Below, piece by piece: positions 18,981-29,502 of a stretch of 60,043 nt of DNA (the stretch's first letter is position 1; each line of letters opens with the position of its first letter). The DNA comes from a bacterium UBP6_UBA1177. GTDB taxonomy: Bacteria; UBP6; UBA1177. The position numbers and the translations under genes are program-made. The DNA lies in assembly GCA_002310995.1 (NCBI GenBank), contig DBYV01000044.1, forward strand, positions 25,635 through 85,677. Direction: 5' to 3'. Below the pieces are notes generated by a model that saw only the letters and a program-made list of their open reading frames with translations, was not told where the DNA came from and did not search any database.

Positions 18981-20507
18981 ATGTTTACAATATTAAAAAG
19001 CGGTTCGGTTTTCGGCATAGACGGAAACGTTATAGATGTTGAAGTTGATATTTCAAAGGGAATGCCTGCGTTTTCTATCGTAGGTTTGCCTGACAATGCC
19101 GTGAAAGAGTCAAAGGAGCGCGTAAGAACGGCGGTAATCAACAGCGGGCATCTTTTTCCGCAGAACAGGATAACGATAAATCTGGCACCGGCAGGAATCA
19201 GAAAAGAAGGGGCGGGCTTCGATCTGCCGATAGCTATGGCGATAATTGCTTCGATATACAGCATTGAAACTGATAAAGTTGACGGCTACATGATAGTCGG
19301 TGAACTGGCTTTGAACGGTGAAATAAAGCCTGTGACGGGTGTTTTGAGTCTGGCTATAACCGCTAAGGAGTGCGGCCTGAAAGGGATAATTGTTCCGGAA
19401 GAGAACGGGGCGGAGGCTGCTGCTATAACCGAAATAAATGTTGTTACAGTAAAAAATCTGGATGATGTTTTTTATATTCTTAAAGAGGGACCGAAAGAAT
19501 TCTATCACTCTGAATCGAAGGCAGAAGAGAAAAAATATATCGTTGATTTTGCCGAAGTCAGGGGACACGAGCAGGCAAAAAGGGCAATAGAAATCGCTGC
19601 GGCTGGAGGTCACAATATTCTTATGGTCGGCTCTCCCGGAAGCGGAAAAACGATGCTTGCAAGGCGTATCCCGACTATTCTGCCTGAACTTGAGCGAGAG
19701 GAAAGTATAGAGACAACAAAGATTTTCAGTGTTGCCAACCTTATGCAAGGGAACGGTCTTATCAACGAGCGTCCTTTCCGTTCACCGCATTCTTCATGTT
19801 CCCATATCGCCCTTGTCGGAGGCGGCAATCCGCCGAAACCTGGCGAAGTCAGCCTTGCGCACAACGGAGTTCTTTTTCTTGACGAGCTTCCTGAATTTAG
19901 CAGAAACGCTCTTGAAGTTCTGCGTCAGCCGATGGAGGACGGTGATGTTTCGATATCGAGAGCGACTCATACCATCCGTTATCCTGCAAATTTCATGCTT
20001 GTCGCCTCGATGAATCCGTGTCCGTGCGGTTATCTGTTCGACAAAAAGAAACCGTGTGTATGTTCAACGCAGGCTGTGCAGAGGTATCAGCAGAAAATTT
20101 CCGGTCCGCTGCTCGACAGAATAGACATTTCAATCGTTGTAAATTCAGTCTCTTTCGATGATTTGAGAAGCCGTGGCACTGGTGAAACAAGTGCGCAGAT
20201 CAGGGCAAGAGTCGAGCAGGCTAGGGGCGTGCAGCGCGAACGCTTCAAAGATTCTCCGTTTTTCACAAATTCAAAGATGCAGGCTTCTGATATCGACAAA
20301 TTCTGCCGTCTTGACAATGCCGCGGAACTTCTTCTGAAAAATGCAATGGAAAAACTTAGTATTTCGACACGCGGATATTCAAGGATACTCAAAGTAGCGA
20401 GAACTGTAGCCGATATTGACGGAAAGGAGCAGATCGAATGCGCTCATATTGCTGAAGCGATACAGTACTATAACCGCTCGATGTTCAACGATATTCAGAG
20501 TGTTTAG
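18981..20507 (+). CDS. comM: YifB/ComM Mg-chelatase-like AAA+ ATPase
   Basis: VGLPDNAVKESKERV, NLAPAGIRKEGAGFDLPIA, GSPGSGKT, SLAHNGVLFLDE, SGPLLDRID. Confidence 0.93.
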   Translation: MFTILKSGSVFGIDGNVIDVEVDISKGMPAFSIVGLPDNAVKESKERVRTAVINSGHLFPQNRITINLAPAGIRKEGAGFDLPIAMAIIASIYSIETDKVDGYMIVGELALNGEIKPVTGVLSLAITAKECGLKGIIVPEENGAEAAAITEINVVTVKNLDDVFYILKEGPKEFYHSESKAEEKKYIVDFAEVRGHEQAKRAIEIAAAGGHNILMVGSPGSGKTMLARRIPTILPELEREESIETTKIFSVANLMQGNGLINERPFRSPHSSCSHIALVGGGNPPKPGEVSLAHNGVLFLDELPEFSRNALEVLRQPMEDGDVSISRATHTIRYPANFMLVASMNPCPCGYLFDKKKPCVCSTQAVQRYQQKISGPLLDRIDISIVVNSVSFDDLRSRGTGETSAQIRARVEQARGVQRERFKDSPFFTNSKMQASDIDKFCRLDNAAELLLKNAMEKLSISTRGYSRILKVARTVADIDGKEQIECAHIAEAIQYYNRSMFNDIQSV

Positions 20508-20620
20508 ATCTTTTCACCTAATTTCAGTATTAAATTTCTAACAAAAAATCTTGCCGGCGGTTGACTTATTGAAATCTGCGCTTATTTACTCTGCTGTTTT
20601 GTTAAACCGATGAGGTGAAA

Positions 20621-22996
20621 ATGAGTTCTGAAAATTTTATGATGACAGAGATTCCGGCGACTTTACCTGTTTTTGTGCTTAGAGAAGGGGTTCTTTTCCC
20701 CTTCATGCTGATGGGAATTGCGGCTCCTAACGAAAAAATTTTTGCAAATCTTCTGCGTGCCGCCGAATCGACCGGAAATTATATCGTAGTTGTTGCCGAA
20801 AAGAGGCCGACTGATGACAAAAGTATGCTTCCTAGAATTGTAAGCATGGAAAATATTTACTCAATCGGAACGGTGGCTGCGGTTGTAAGAGAAAATGGCG
20901 GAGAAACCGGACGCGGCAATATTCTCCTTAAAGGTTTGAAGAAAGTCGCTGTAAAAGGGGTCCTTTTCAATCCTGTTTTTGACATGAGTTTCGCGAGAGT
21001 CGAAGTCGTCGAAGAGAACAATTTCCTCGATGCGAAAGATGAACAGCTTCTCCGTAGCGCCGTTATTGATACGCGGGAGCTTTTCAACGCGATAGGTTCG
21101 CTTAACGCCTTTCCTCCTGCGGTTGTCAAAGAATTCAAAAATATCAATGATCCCACAAGGTTAGCCGAGTTTGTTGCTTCCAATTTCCTGCGTAATACCG
21201 GAGAGCTTCAGAAAGTTCTGGAAGAAAATTCACCGCTTAAAAAGCTGAATATGGTTCATAAAGCGCTTGAAGACGCGCTTGCTTTCATGCAGGTGAAAAA
21301 CGATATTAAACGCAAAACGATGGCGCGGCTCGACAAAGGGCAGAAAGATATGATTCTGCGCGAGCAGATGAAGCAGATCCAGAGCGAACTCGGGGAAAGT
21401 GACCCGTTTTCTGCAAGTATTCAGGATTACGAGAAAAAATTGGCTCAGAACATTCTGCCGGAATACGCCGCGACCGAAGTAAAAAAGCAGGTTGAGAGGC
21501 TTAAGAGCATGAGTCCTTTTTCGCAGGATTCATCGATGCTTTCATCGTGGATCGACTCTGTTTTCGACCTGCCGTGGAAAGATTCGACAGAGGACAACAA
21601 GGATATAAACGAGGCCGAAAAGGTTCTTCAGGCTGATCATTACGGGCTTGAAGACGTCAAAGAAAGGATTTTGGAGTTTCTGGCGGTGCGTCAGATAAAA
21701 GGCGACCAGAATTCGAAATCTCCGATTCTATGCTTCGTGGGGCCTCCCGGAGTCGGCAAGACTTCGCTCGGAAAGTCGATCGCGCGCGCTTTGAAACGCA
21801 AATTCTACCGTCTGAGTCTCGGAGGCTTGCATGACGAAGCCGAGATCCGTGGTCACAGGCGGACTTATGTAGGCGCGATGCAGGGAAAGATCCTGAAAGG
21901 GCTCACTACATGCAAGTCGAATAACCCTGTTTTCATGCTCGACGAAATCGACAAACTGGGAAAGGATTTCCGCGGAGATCCTTCGTCGGCGCTCCTTGAA
22001 GTGCTTGATCCCGAGCAGAATTTCTCGTTCCTTGACAATTATATCGGTCTTCCGTTCGACCTCAGCAAAGTCTTTTTCATCGCGACGGCGAACTGGGAAG
22101 ATACGATTCCGGAACCTTTAAAAGACAGAATGGAAATCATCCGTCTTTCCGGCTATACTGACATGGAACGTATTGAAATCGCTAAGAAATATCTGATTCC
22201 GCGTCAGCTTGAAAACAACGGTCTCGCACCTAAAGAGATCCAGTTCACAAAAGAGGCGCTTCTTTTCATTTCGAGAAGATACACCCGTGAAGCGGGAGTC
22301 AGAAACTTTGAAAGGTGCATCGGCTCGATCTGCCGCAAAACTGTCACTCTCAAAGTGCAGAAAAAGGATTTCGCGAAGAAGATCACACCGAAAGTTGTCG
22401 AGCAGTATCTCAAGCTTCCTCCTTTTTCGGAACACGATTTCGACGAGGAAAAGAGGGTAGGAGTCATTACCGGACTTGCATGGACGCAGTATGGCGGCGC
22501 GACACTCAAAATCGAAGCGAATTCGATGAAAGGAAGCGGAAACCTGCTTCTCACCGGAAAACTTGGCGAAGTCATGCAGGAATCGGCTCGCATCGCGCTT
22601 TCATTCATCCGCAGCAACGCGGCTAAATTCGGTCTTGGCGGCGATTTCACGATAAGCGACAAGGATATCCACATCCACTTCCCGGCAGGAGCTACACCGA
22701 AAGACGGACCGAGTGCCGGCATCGCGATAACTTCGGCACTTCTCAGCCTGTTTTTAGGCAAGGCGATCGATTCAAAAATCGCGATGACAGGAGAGATCAG
22801 CCTCACCGGCGAAGTCCTTCCGATCGGCGGCCTCAAAGAAAAACTTCTCGCCGCGAAACGCAACGAAGTTACCAAAGTCCTTATTCCGGAGCAGAACAGA
22901 GCCCTTTACGGCAGCATCGAAGACGAGATAAAATCGGGCATCGAAGTCGTTTTCGTCAAGGAATACAGCGACGTTTTCAAAGTTTTGTTCGGGTAG
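20621..22996 (+). CDS. lon: Lon protease (endopeptidase La)
   Basis: N-terminal LON domain, GPPGVGKTS, catalytic PKDGPSAG Ser and downstream Lys (KLLAAKR). Confidence 0.96.
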   Translation: MSSENFMMTEIPATLPVFVLREGVLFPFMLMGIAAPNEKIFANLLRAAESTGNYIVVVAEKRPTDDKSMLPRIVSMENIYSIGTVAAVVRENGGETGRGNILLKGLKKVAVKGVLFNPVFDMSFARVEVVEENNFLDAKDEQLLRSAVIDTRELFNAIGSLNAFPPAVVKEFKNINDPTRLAEFVASNFLRNTGELQKVLEENSPLKKLNMVHKALEDALAFMQVKNDIKRKTMARLDKGQKDMILREQMKQIQSELGESDPFSASIQDYEKKLAQNILPEYAATEVKKQVERLKSMSPFSQDSSMLSSWIDSVFDLPWKDSTEDNKDINEAEKVLQADHYGLEDVKERILEFLAVRQIKGDQNSKSPILCFVGPPGVGKTSLGKSIARALKRKFYRLSLGGLHDEAEIRGHRRTYVGAMQGKILKGLTTCKSNNPVFMLDEIDKLGKDFRGDPSSALLEVLDPEQNFSFLDNYIGLPFDLSKVFFIATANWEDTIPEPLKDRMEIIRLSGYTDMERIEIAKKYLIPRQLENNGLAPKEIQFTKEALLFISRRYTREAGVRNFERCIGSICRKTVTLKVQKKDFAKKITPKVVEQYLKLPPFSEHDFDEEKRVGVITGLAWTQYGGATLKIEANSMKGSGNLLLTGKLGEVMQESARIALSFIRSNAAKFGLGGDFTISDKDIHIHFPAGATPKDGPSAGIAITSALLSLFLGKAIDSKIAMTGEISLTGEVLPIGGLKEKLLAAKRNEVTKVLIPEQNRALYGSIEDEIKSGIEVVFVKEYSDVFKVLFG

Positions 22997-22999
22997 AGC

Positions 23000-24334
23000 T
23001 TACTCATGTGAAACGCATTTTTCTCCGTTCCACAGTTCACCTTCAGGACAGGGGTCGGAAGCTACGCAAGTTACGATAGCTGTATCCGTTTTGTTTATAA
23101 TCATTACAAAGTCTGAGCTTATGTTGCTACTTGAGTTGTAAACACTTGTATAAACAATGGCTTGTGTCGGGTCGCTCGTATATGAAGTCGACGACCAGCA
23201 CGGAGAGGATTTATATTGATTAAATATGAAGTAAGCTTCATTTCTGTTGGGTAGTCTCCAATTGGAAATGCCTGCATAAGTCAGATCTTCGCAATATTTT
23301 AGAGCCTTTTCCCAGTTAGTTTCTTTTTCAGAACTTTTCATAAGAAGTTTTTGAGGAAGAAGTGTGTCAATTTTGGACAATGTAATTATGGAAGATTCCT
23401 GTTTTTCCGGCAAGTCTCTTACATAACGGAAATATTCTTTTTTATGAGATTGGGTTACCGAATATGTATTGCTTTCGGTAAGAGCGGTTTCGAAATTTAT
23501 TCCTTTTACAAACCAGTATTGCTCTGGAATGTAGCGTTTTACATTATTTGTAATAAGAGGTCCGTCGTAAAGGTACATATCAGTGTAAAACAAATCGGAA
23601 GGAGTCCCTGGAAAATAAGCCTCGTTTATGGCCGGTGAAAATGTTCCGCTGTCAATTATCGAGTTGTAATCATGGAAATTTGCCATTCTCCAGTCTGAAT
23701 ATTCTCCCCAAGTTGTATTATATACGCCGTCTTGTCTTGAGAAAACTTCCTGAATCAATTCAAGACCGGAATTGTTGTCTATAACAGTGTTGCCGAATTC
23801 GTGATTTTTGATGGTGAAATTCTGCGGAAGGCACAGTCTTTTTTCAGCATAGTTTGCATCCTGTCCGAAAAAAGGTTCTCCGGCTTTAGGGCAAGGGATC
23901 TCTTTTTCGTTGTCATAGCATTTTGTCTGACCTGTGCACGACAAACCTTTGAAAGAGTTTAGGGGTTCGCAGGTTCTTTTGTTCGGGAACCAGACATAAT
24001 TTTCATCACAAACGCAGATGTAGTCTCCTGTTTTTCCTTTTGCGATACACATGCCTGTTGAATTTTCAACATTTTTGCACGGTTCTTCAAGACACGGGTC
24101 GATGAAAGGTTTTATATCATCATCTTCGTCAATGGTTTCTGTGTCATAATCAGATTTAATTCCTTCGTTATCCGTGTCGAAGTCCTCGTCTGTCAAATCA
24201 GCATCGGTATTGGAAACAGGGTCCGGTTTTGTGTTGCTGCCGCAGCCCGAAAAAAGAAAAATCGCCGCTAAAAAGATAAGAAAAAATAAAAATTTAATGC
24301 TGAACACGGTGGAAAACGGCACGATTTTTGTCAT
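23000..24334 (-). CDS. DUF1566 (Lcl-type, C-type lectin fold) lipoprotein with EGF-like repeat
   Basis: Signal ending LFSGC, DPCLEEPC EGF-like unit, FFGQDANY, WRLPNRNE, WSSTS. Confidence 0.8.
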   Translation of the reverse strand: MTKIVPFSTVFSIKFLFFLIFLAAIFLFSGCGSNTKPDPVSNTDADLTDEDFDTDNEGIKSDYDTETIDEDDDIKPFIDPCLEEPCKNVENSTGMCIAKGKTGDYICVCDENYVWFPNKRTCEPLNSFKGLSCTGQTKCYDNEKEIPCPKAGEPFFGQDANYAEKRLCLPQNFTIKNHEFGNTVIDNNSGLELIQEVFSRQDGVYNTTWGEYSDWRMANFHDYNSIIDSGTFSPAINEAYFPGTPSDLFYTDMYLYDGPLITNNVKRYIPEQYWFVKGINFETALTESNTYSVTQSHKKEYFRYVRDLPEKQESSIITLSKIDTLLPQKLLMKSSEKETNWEKALKYCEDLTYAGISNWRLPNRNEAYFIFNQYKSSPCWSSTSYTSDPTQAIVYTSVYNSSSNISSDFVMIINKTDTAIVTCVASDPCPEGELWNGEKCVSHE

Positions 24335-24466
24335 TTTGAACCTCAATTCGCAAAAAACAGAATATTATATTTAAAATTAAAATAAAAAACAGAAAAACCG
24401 GATTGACAATAAGAGTAATATTACTATATATACAGCCGTTTTTTGCTGTGTATGTTTGAGGATGCA

Positions 24467-24814
24467 ATGTTCGGCAAGTTTTTGAAATCGAAAATTCATC
24501 GCGCGGTCGTTACCGGAGCCGATATAAATTATCAGGGAAGTATTACGATCGATAAGGAGCTTATGCGTCATGCGGACTTGCAGCCGTTTGAATTTGTCGA
24601 CATCTGGGATGTCACGAACGGAGCAAGGCTTGAGACTTACGTCATCGAAGGCGAGGCTGGCTCAGGATGTATCTGTATCAACGGCGCGGCGGCTCATCTT
24701 GTAAAAAAGAACGATCTGGTGATCATCGCTTCGCACAGGTATGTTACGGAAGGCGAAAGTGTTCCCGAACCGAAAGTAATTTTTGTCGATTCACACAATA
24801 AGCCCGTTCATTAG
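24467..24814 (+). CDS. panD: Aspartate 1-decarboxylase
   Basis: [15 protein letters not shown] self-cleavage site, [16 protein letters not shown]. Confidence 0.96.
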   Translation: MFGKFLKSKIHRAVVTGADINYQGSITIDKELMRHADLQPFEFVDIWDVTNGARLETYVIEGEAGSGCICINGAAAHLVKKNDLVIIASHRYVTEGESVPEPKVIFVDSHNKPVH

Positions 24815-24822
24815 AGGTTTTC

Positions 24823-25182
24823 ATGGAAAAGAAGCAAAGAGTTTTCGGCAGAGCGCCGATTTCGCTCAAAATATCTCTTTCTGAAGATACAGACGACATC
24901 AGCATCAAATTTGACACTACGAACCTGAGCATTGGGGGCATTTTTGTAAAGTCTTCGCTGCTCTGGGAGCCGGGTCAGGTTTTCAATCTTGCTTTCACTC
25001 TGCCGGGATTTGACAAGGAAATCAAAGTAAAAGGTGTTGTCGCGAGAAGTGATGACAAATACTCGATTTTTACTGAAAACGATTCTTCAATTCCAGGAAT
25101 GGGGATAAAATTCATAGATTTGAGCGAAGAAGACAGGAAAATTATAAAAGAGTTTATTTCGCAGCAAGATTCCGCAAAATAG
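24823..25182 (+). CDS. PilZ domain protein
   Basis: RxxxR (RVFGR) and NxSxGG (NLSIGG) c-di-GMP motifs, GMGIKF. Confidence 0.88.
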   Translation: MEKKQRVFGRAPISLKISLSEDTDDISIKFDTTNLSIGGIFVKSSLLWEPGQVFNLAFTLPGFDKEIKVKGVVARSDDKYSIFTENDSSIPGMGIKFIDLSEEDRKIIKEFISQQDSAK

Positions 25183-25194
25183 TTTTCTTACAAG

Positions 25195-25701
25195 GTGAAA
25201 ATGCAGGAAAATAGCAATAATAACAATTATTTGTCTGTAAGACGCAAACACTTTCTGTGGGGAACTTTTGCTCTTGTACTGTTCGGGGTGATTCTTTATT
25301 TTGCAAGTATAGCGGGCGATTACGCTGAAAAAAATGATATTGAAACATTGGAAGATGTTAAAGAAAATGTTGCCGGTATTTTGAAGCATGATTTCGCACT
25401 TTTCCCGGAAAACGATACGGCAGAAGAGGAAAAAAAGGAGATAGAAAAAGAGGAAAAATCCAAAAATATTCTCAAAGTTCCGATTCTGCTCAACTGTTCG
25501 GTGGAAGAGGGGAAAGCGGTTGTCAAAGAACCTTTCGAAGTTGCGAAAAATAAGGTAACGAACGCTGTCTTTGAACTTGCCAGTCACGGCAACACAATGT
25601 ATTCATTGAATTTTTCTTCAAAAGAAAATGCTGTTTACTGCAAAGGGACTTTGAAAGAAGGACAGCAGAAAATTTTTGTTTATTACTGCGAGAAAATATG
25701 A
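25195..25701 (+). CDS. Hypothetical membrane-anchored protein
   Basis: One N-terminal hydrophobic helix; operonic between the PilZ and CDF genes. Confidence 0.6.
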   Translation: MKMQENSNNNNYLSVRRKHFLWGTFALVLFGVILYFASIAGDYAEKNDIETLEDVKENVAGILKHDFALFPENDTAEEEKKEIEKEEKSKNILKVPILLNCSVEEGKAVVKEPFEVAKNKVTNAVFELASHGNTMYSLNFSSKENAVYCKGTLKEGQQKIFVYYCEKI

Positions 25702-26594
25702 CGGCAAACGACTGTTCAACCGAAAAAAAGATAAAAATCGTTACCGCAGTGGGACTTTTAGCCAACTTTTTTCTGACGGTTTTCAAGATCATCGCCGGAT
25801 ATTTCGGAAACAGCCAGACAGTCATCGCAGACGGTATCCACAGTCTTAGCGATTCTGTGACTGATATCGCCGTGATCGTAGGTTCCTCATTCTGGAGCGC
25901 GCCGCCTGACGAAAGCCATCCGCACGGCCACAAGAGGATCGAGACTTTTATTACGGTTATCATCGGACTCGCGCTTTTCTTCGTCGCTTACGGGATCGGG
26001 CATAACGCCGTTGTTACTTTCAATGACCCTGATGAAGCTCCGTCATGGATCGCATTCGCCGCCGCAATAGTTTCAATTCTCGTAAAAGAAATTCTTTATC
26101 AATACACTTACCGCTCGGGAAAAAAGCTGAAATCGTTGGCGGTAGTTGCAAACGCATGGCATCACAGAAGCGACGCTATAAGCTCGGTTCCTGCTGCTCT
26201 TGCGGTAATAATCTCAATGAAATTCCCTACTTATCCTTATATCGACAACATCGGTGCAATAGTGGTTTCGCTCTTTATCGTCTGGACTGCGTTCAAAATT
26301 TCATGGTCTTCTGTTCTTGAACTCACCGATGCCGGCGCGGACAAGGCCGCCTGCGAATCGATCGAAAGCGCGGCGAAGAGCGTCGAAGGGGTAAAAAGCA
26401 TTCACAAATGCAGAACGAGAAAATACGGAAGCGGAATACAGGTCGATCTTCACATTCAGGTCGACCCGAATATAACGGTCCGCGAAGGGCATGCGATAGG
26501 GCACAAAGTCGAAGACGAACTTTTCAAAAACCACGATGTCATCGATGTAATAGTCCATGTCGAGCCGGACGATGAATGTGAAAGTAATCATTAA
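25698..26594 (+). CDS. Cation diffusion facilitator family transporter
   Basis: [30 protein letters not shown]. Confidence 0.92.
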   Translation: MTANDCSTEKKIKIVTAVGLLANFFLTVFKIIAGYFGNSQTVIADGIHSLSDSVTDIAVIVGSSFWSAPPDESHPHGHKRIETFITVIIGLALFFVAYGIGHNAVVTFNDPDEAPSWIAFAAAIVSILVKEILYQYTYRSGKKLKSLAVVANAWHHRSDAISSVPAALAVIISMKFPTYPYIDNIGAIVVSLFIVWTAFKISWSSVLELTDAGADKAACESIESAAKSVEGVKSIHKCRTRKYGSGIQVDLHIQVDPNITVREGHAIGHKVEDELFKNHDVIDVIVHVEPDDECESNH

Positions 26595-26611
26595 CAAATT
26601 CGGAGGTTTAT

Positions 26612-27160
26612 ATGTTTGAAGGAACAACGATAATCTGTGTCAGGGATAAATCGTCGGTGATAATCGCCGGAGACGGGCAGGTAACTTTCGGAAACACCGT
26701 TCTCAAAGGTAACGCCCGCAAAGTGAGGAGACTTGCAGAAGGGCGTATCGTTGCCGGTTTCGCGGGTTCCACTGCCGACGCGGTGACACTTTTCGAGATT
26801 TTTGAGGAAAAACTTAAAAAATACAACTACCAGCTGAAAAAATCGGCGGTCGAGCTCAGCAAAGCGTGGAGAAAAGACAGGGTCCTGGGCAAACTCGAAG
26901 CGCTTCTTCTTGTCGCCGACAGCGAGGAAACTTTGCTGATTTCGGGAAGCGGAGACGTTCTTGAACCTGAAAAGAATATCATCGCGATCGGTTCGGGCGG
27001 AAATTACGCCTATGCAGCGGCCGTCGCACTCAGTGAAAACACGAAACTTACGGCTCACGAAGTCGCTCTGCGTTCGCTAAAAATAGCGTCCGACATCTGC
27101 ATCTACACCAATTCCAACTTCACTTTTGAAGAAATCAAGCTTAACGGAGAAAAGAAATGA
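26612..27160 (+). CDS. hslV: ATP-dependent protease subunit HslV
   Basis: GTTII catalytic Thr, [22 protein letters not shown]. Confidence 0.96.
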   Translation: MFEGTTIICVRDKSSVIIAGDGQVTFGNTVLKGNARKVRRLAEGRIVAGFAGSTADAVTLFEIFEEKLKKYNYQLKKSAVELSKAWRKDRVLGKLEALLLVADSEETLLISGSGDVLEPEKNIIAIGSGGNYAYAAAVALSENTKLTAHEVALRSLKIASDICIYTNSNFTFEEIKLNGEKK

Positions 27161-28548
27161 GCAAATATTCAGTCGAAGAATTGACTCCAAAGCGCGTCGT
27201 CGAAGAGCTCAACCGCTTCATAATCGGGCAGGACGAGGCAAAAAAGGCGGTCGCGGTGGCACTTAGAAACCGCTGGAGACGCTCGAAAATAGAAGACGAT
27301 TTTCTGCGTAAAGAGATAACTCCGAGAAACATTCTCATGTCGGGACCTACCGGAGTCGGCAAGACCGAGATCGCAAGAAGGCTTGCCGAGATCTCAAACG
27401 CGCCGTTTTTAAAGGTCGAGGCGACTAAATTCACCGAAGTCGGATATGTCGGCAGGGATGTCGAATCGATGATCAAAGACCTCGTCAAACACGCAGTCAA
27501 CGAGAAAAAAAGAATCGAAACCGAAATAGTCTACAAAAAGGCGGAAAGCATTGCAGTTGATAAAATTCTCGATCTGCTCAATGTTCCGAACCCCGAAAAA
27601 CTTCCCAAAGACGATGCCGATTACGAAGAAAAATACAAAAGGCAGAGCGACTACCGTAAAAAAATGGCGGACAAGCTTGAAAACGGCAAGCTCGACGACA
27701 AAAAGGTGAGCGTTCCGATAAAGCCGAGCGCTCCTATTCCGGTTTTTGAAGTCATCAGCGGCTCCGGCGGAATAGAGGAAATCGACTCGATGATAAAGGA
27801 TATGATGAGCAACATCTTCCCGCCTAATGCGCCTCAGCAGAAAGGGAAAAAAGAGAAGACAATGCCAGTGTCAGAAGCTTTTGAATACATTCTCCAGACC
27901 GAGGCCGAAAAGTTGCTCGACCACGAAAAAATCGTCCGCGAGGCACTTGAATGGGTCGAGGAAGACGGAATTATTTTCATCGACGAAATCGACAAAATCA
28001 TCGCAAGCGGCTCAGCAAACGGCCCCGATGTTTCCCGCGAAGGCGTCCAGCGCGACATTCTGCCGATAGTTGAAGGGTGCATCGTCAATACGAAATACGG
28101 ACCTGTAAAGACAGATCACATACTTTTCATTGCGGCAGGCGCTTTCCACATGAATTCTCCCGAAGATCTGATCCCCGAACTTCAGGGGCGTTTCCCGATC
28201 AAGGCGCGCCTTCTTTCGCTCACGAAAAAGGATTTTGTGAGAATTCTGACCGATACTGAAAACTCGCTTCCGGTTCAGTATGCTGAGCTTATGAAATCTG
28301 AAAACGTCACTCTCAATTTCACTCCGTCTGGAATAGAAGAGATCGCAGCGATCGCATTCGAAGAGAACAGCACGACGCAGGATATCGGCGCAAGAAGGTT
28401 GCAGTCGGTAATGGAGATCCTGCTTGAGGATATCTCGTTTACGGCTTCCGAAAAAAGCGGCACGAAAATCAAAATCGACAAGGCTTATGTGAATAAATGG
28501 TATAAGTCTGCACGCGAAAACGAAAAACTTTCCAACTATATAATTTAA
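27157..28548 (+). CDS. hslU: ATP-dependent protease ATPase HslU
   Basis: [45 protein letters not shown]. Confidence 0.97.
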   Translation: MSKYSVEELTPKRVVEELNRFIIGQDEAKKAVAVALRNRWRRSKIEDDFLRKEITPRNILMSGPTGVGKTEIARRLAEISNAPFLKVEATKFTEVGYVGRDVESMIKDLVKHAVNEKKRIETEIVYKKAESIAVDKILDLLNVPNPEKLPKDDADYEEKYKRQSDYRKKMADKLENGKLDDKKVSVPIKPSAPIPVFEVISGSGGIEEIDSMIKDMMSNIFPPNAPQQKGKKEKTMPVSEAFEYILQTEAEKLLDHEKIVREALEWVEEDGIIFIDEIDKIIASGSANGPDVSREGVQRDILPIVEGCIVNTKYGPVKTDHILFIAAGAFHMNSPEDLIPELQGRFPIKARLLSLTKKDFVRILTDTENSLPVQYAELMKSENVTLNFTPSGIEEIAAIAFEENSTTQDIGARRLQSVMEILLEDISFTASEKSGTKIKIDKAYVNKWYKSARENEKLSNYII

Positions 28549-28558
28549 TTGAGGAAAA

Positions 28559-28816
28559 ATGCAGTATCAGTATGAAACGAGCGGAACCTGCTCCGAAATG
28601 ATCCTTTTCGACATCAACGAAAACAAAGTCGTCACGAATATCAAATTCATCGGCGGCTGCAACGGAAACCTGAAAGCCGTTTCCAAACTCGTTGACGGCT
28701 GGACATCAGACCAGATAGCGGCGAAACTTCTCGGCAACGAATGCGGATTCAAAGGAACTTCATGCGCCGACCAGCTTGCGAAAGCGGTTCTCGAAGCGGC
28801 GGAAAAGGTGAAATAA
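28559..28816 (+). CDS. TIGR03905-family TSCPD domain protein
   Basis: GTCS, FIGGCNGNL, CGFKGTSCADQLA. Confidence 0.85.
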   Translation: MQYQYETSGTCSEMILFDINENKVVTNIKFIGGCNGNLKAVSKLVDGWTSDQIAAKLLGNECGFKGTSCADQLAKAVLEAAEKVK

Positions 28817-28831
28817 TATCTGCGTTGAAAG

Positions 28832-28865
28832 CAAATCCGACGGCTGCTCGATGCTGTTTATCTAA
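28832..28865. repeat. 34-bp direct repeat, left copy (TA cassette)
   Basis: caaatccgacggctgctcgatgctgtttatctaa; 33/34 identical to 29469-29502. Confidence 0.95.
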
Positions 28866-28893
28866 ATTCCCGAATTTCTAAATTCACAACCCC

Positions 28894-28921
28894 TTGTTTT
28901 TAGTCTGTTTTTAACTATAAT
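28894..28921 (+). promoter_or_regulatory. Promoter of the TA operon
   Basis: TTGTTT-N16-TATAAT then ttGCCG. Confidence 0.5.
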
Positions 28922-28951
28922 TTGCCGTTGTAACTTTAATTGGAGGCAAAC

Positions 28952-29188
28952 ATGAGTTACGAAGCGTTGTTGGAACAGATAAAAGCCGCGCCGGAAGAGT
29001 GCCTTGATGAAATTTCCGATTTCATCGATTTTGTAGTGTCCAGGTATGAAAAACAAAATGAAAAGGCTGATGAAAAACCGACACCGCAGCTTGCGTCCGC
29101 GATGCTTGAAGCCTTGCAGATAAGCGGTGATTCTTCGGTAAAAGGTTTCAATTCCACAAAAGAGCTTTTTGAAGATCTGAACGCATGA
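28952..29188 (+). CDS. Putative antitoxin (DUF2281-like N-terminus, DinJ/RelB-like acidic C-terminus)
   Basis: Small acidic ORF overlapping yafQ by ATGA; ends KGFNSTKELFEDLNA. Confidence 0.65.
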   Translation: MSYEALLEQIKAAPEECLDEISDFIDFVVSRYEKQNEKADEKPTPQLASAMLEALQISGDSSVKGFNSTKELFEDLNA

Positions 29189-29466
29189 CCTACACGGTAA
29201 AAACAACTTCACAATTCAAAAAGAGCTATAAACTGGCTGTTAAAAGAGGGCTGGATGTTGCTCTTTTGGAAGATGTAATCAACAAATTGAAAGAAGACAT
29301 TCCACTTGAAGAACGCTTTCGTGATCACCAGCTTACCGGAAACATGAAATTGTTCAGAGAATGTCACATTCAACCCGATTGGCTGCTCATCTATTTAAAA
29401 CAAGAAGAAATTCTGACTCTTACACTTGTTGATACGGGGACTCATTCCGATTTATTCAGAAAATAG
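29185..29466 (+). CDS. yafQ: YafQ-family RelE-type mRNA interferase toxin
   Basis: DHQLTG, RECHIQPDWLLIY, TGTHSDLF with catalytic His. Confidence 0.92.
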   Translation: MTYTVKTTSQFKKSYKLAVKRGLDVALLEDVINKLKEDIPLEERFRDHQLTGNMKLFRECHIQPDWLLIYLKQEEILTLTLVDTGTHSDLFRK

Positions 29467-29468
29467 CA

Positions 29469-29502
29469 CAAATCCGACGGCTGCTCGATGCTGTTCATCT
29501 AA
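29469..29502. repeat. 34-bp direct repeat, right copy (TA cassette)
   Basis: caaatccgacggctgctcgatgctgttcatctaa; abuts the comF stop codon. Confidence 0.95.

Noticed and set aside
22204-22875. 223-aa minus-strand ORF
   Set aside because: Antisense to the lon protease domain.
28832-29502. Integron attC sites flanking the TA module
   Set aside because: The repeats lack RYYYAAC/GTTRRRY ends and are not palindromic.
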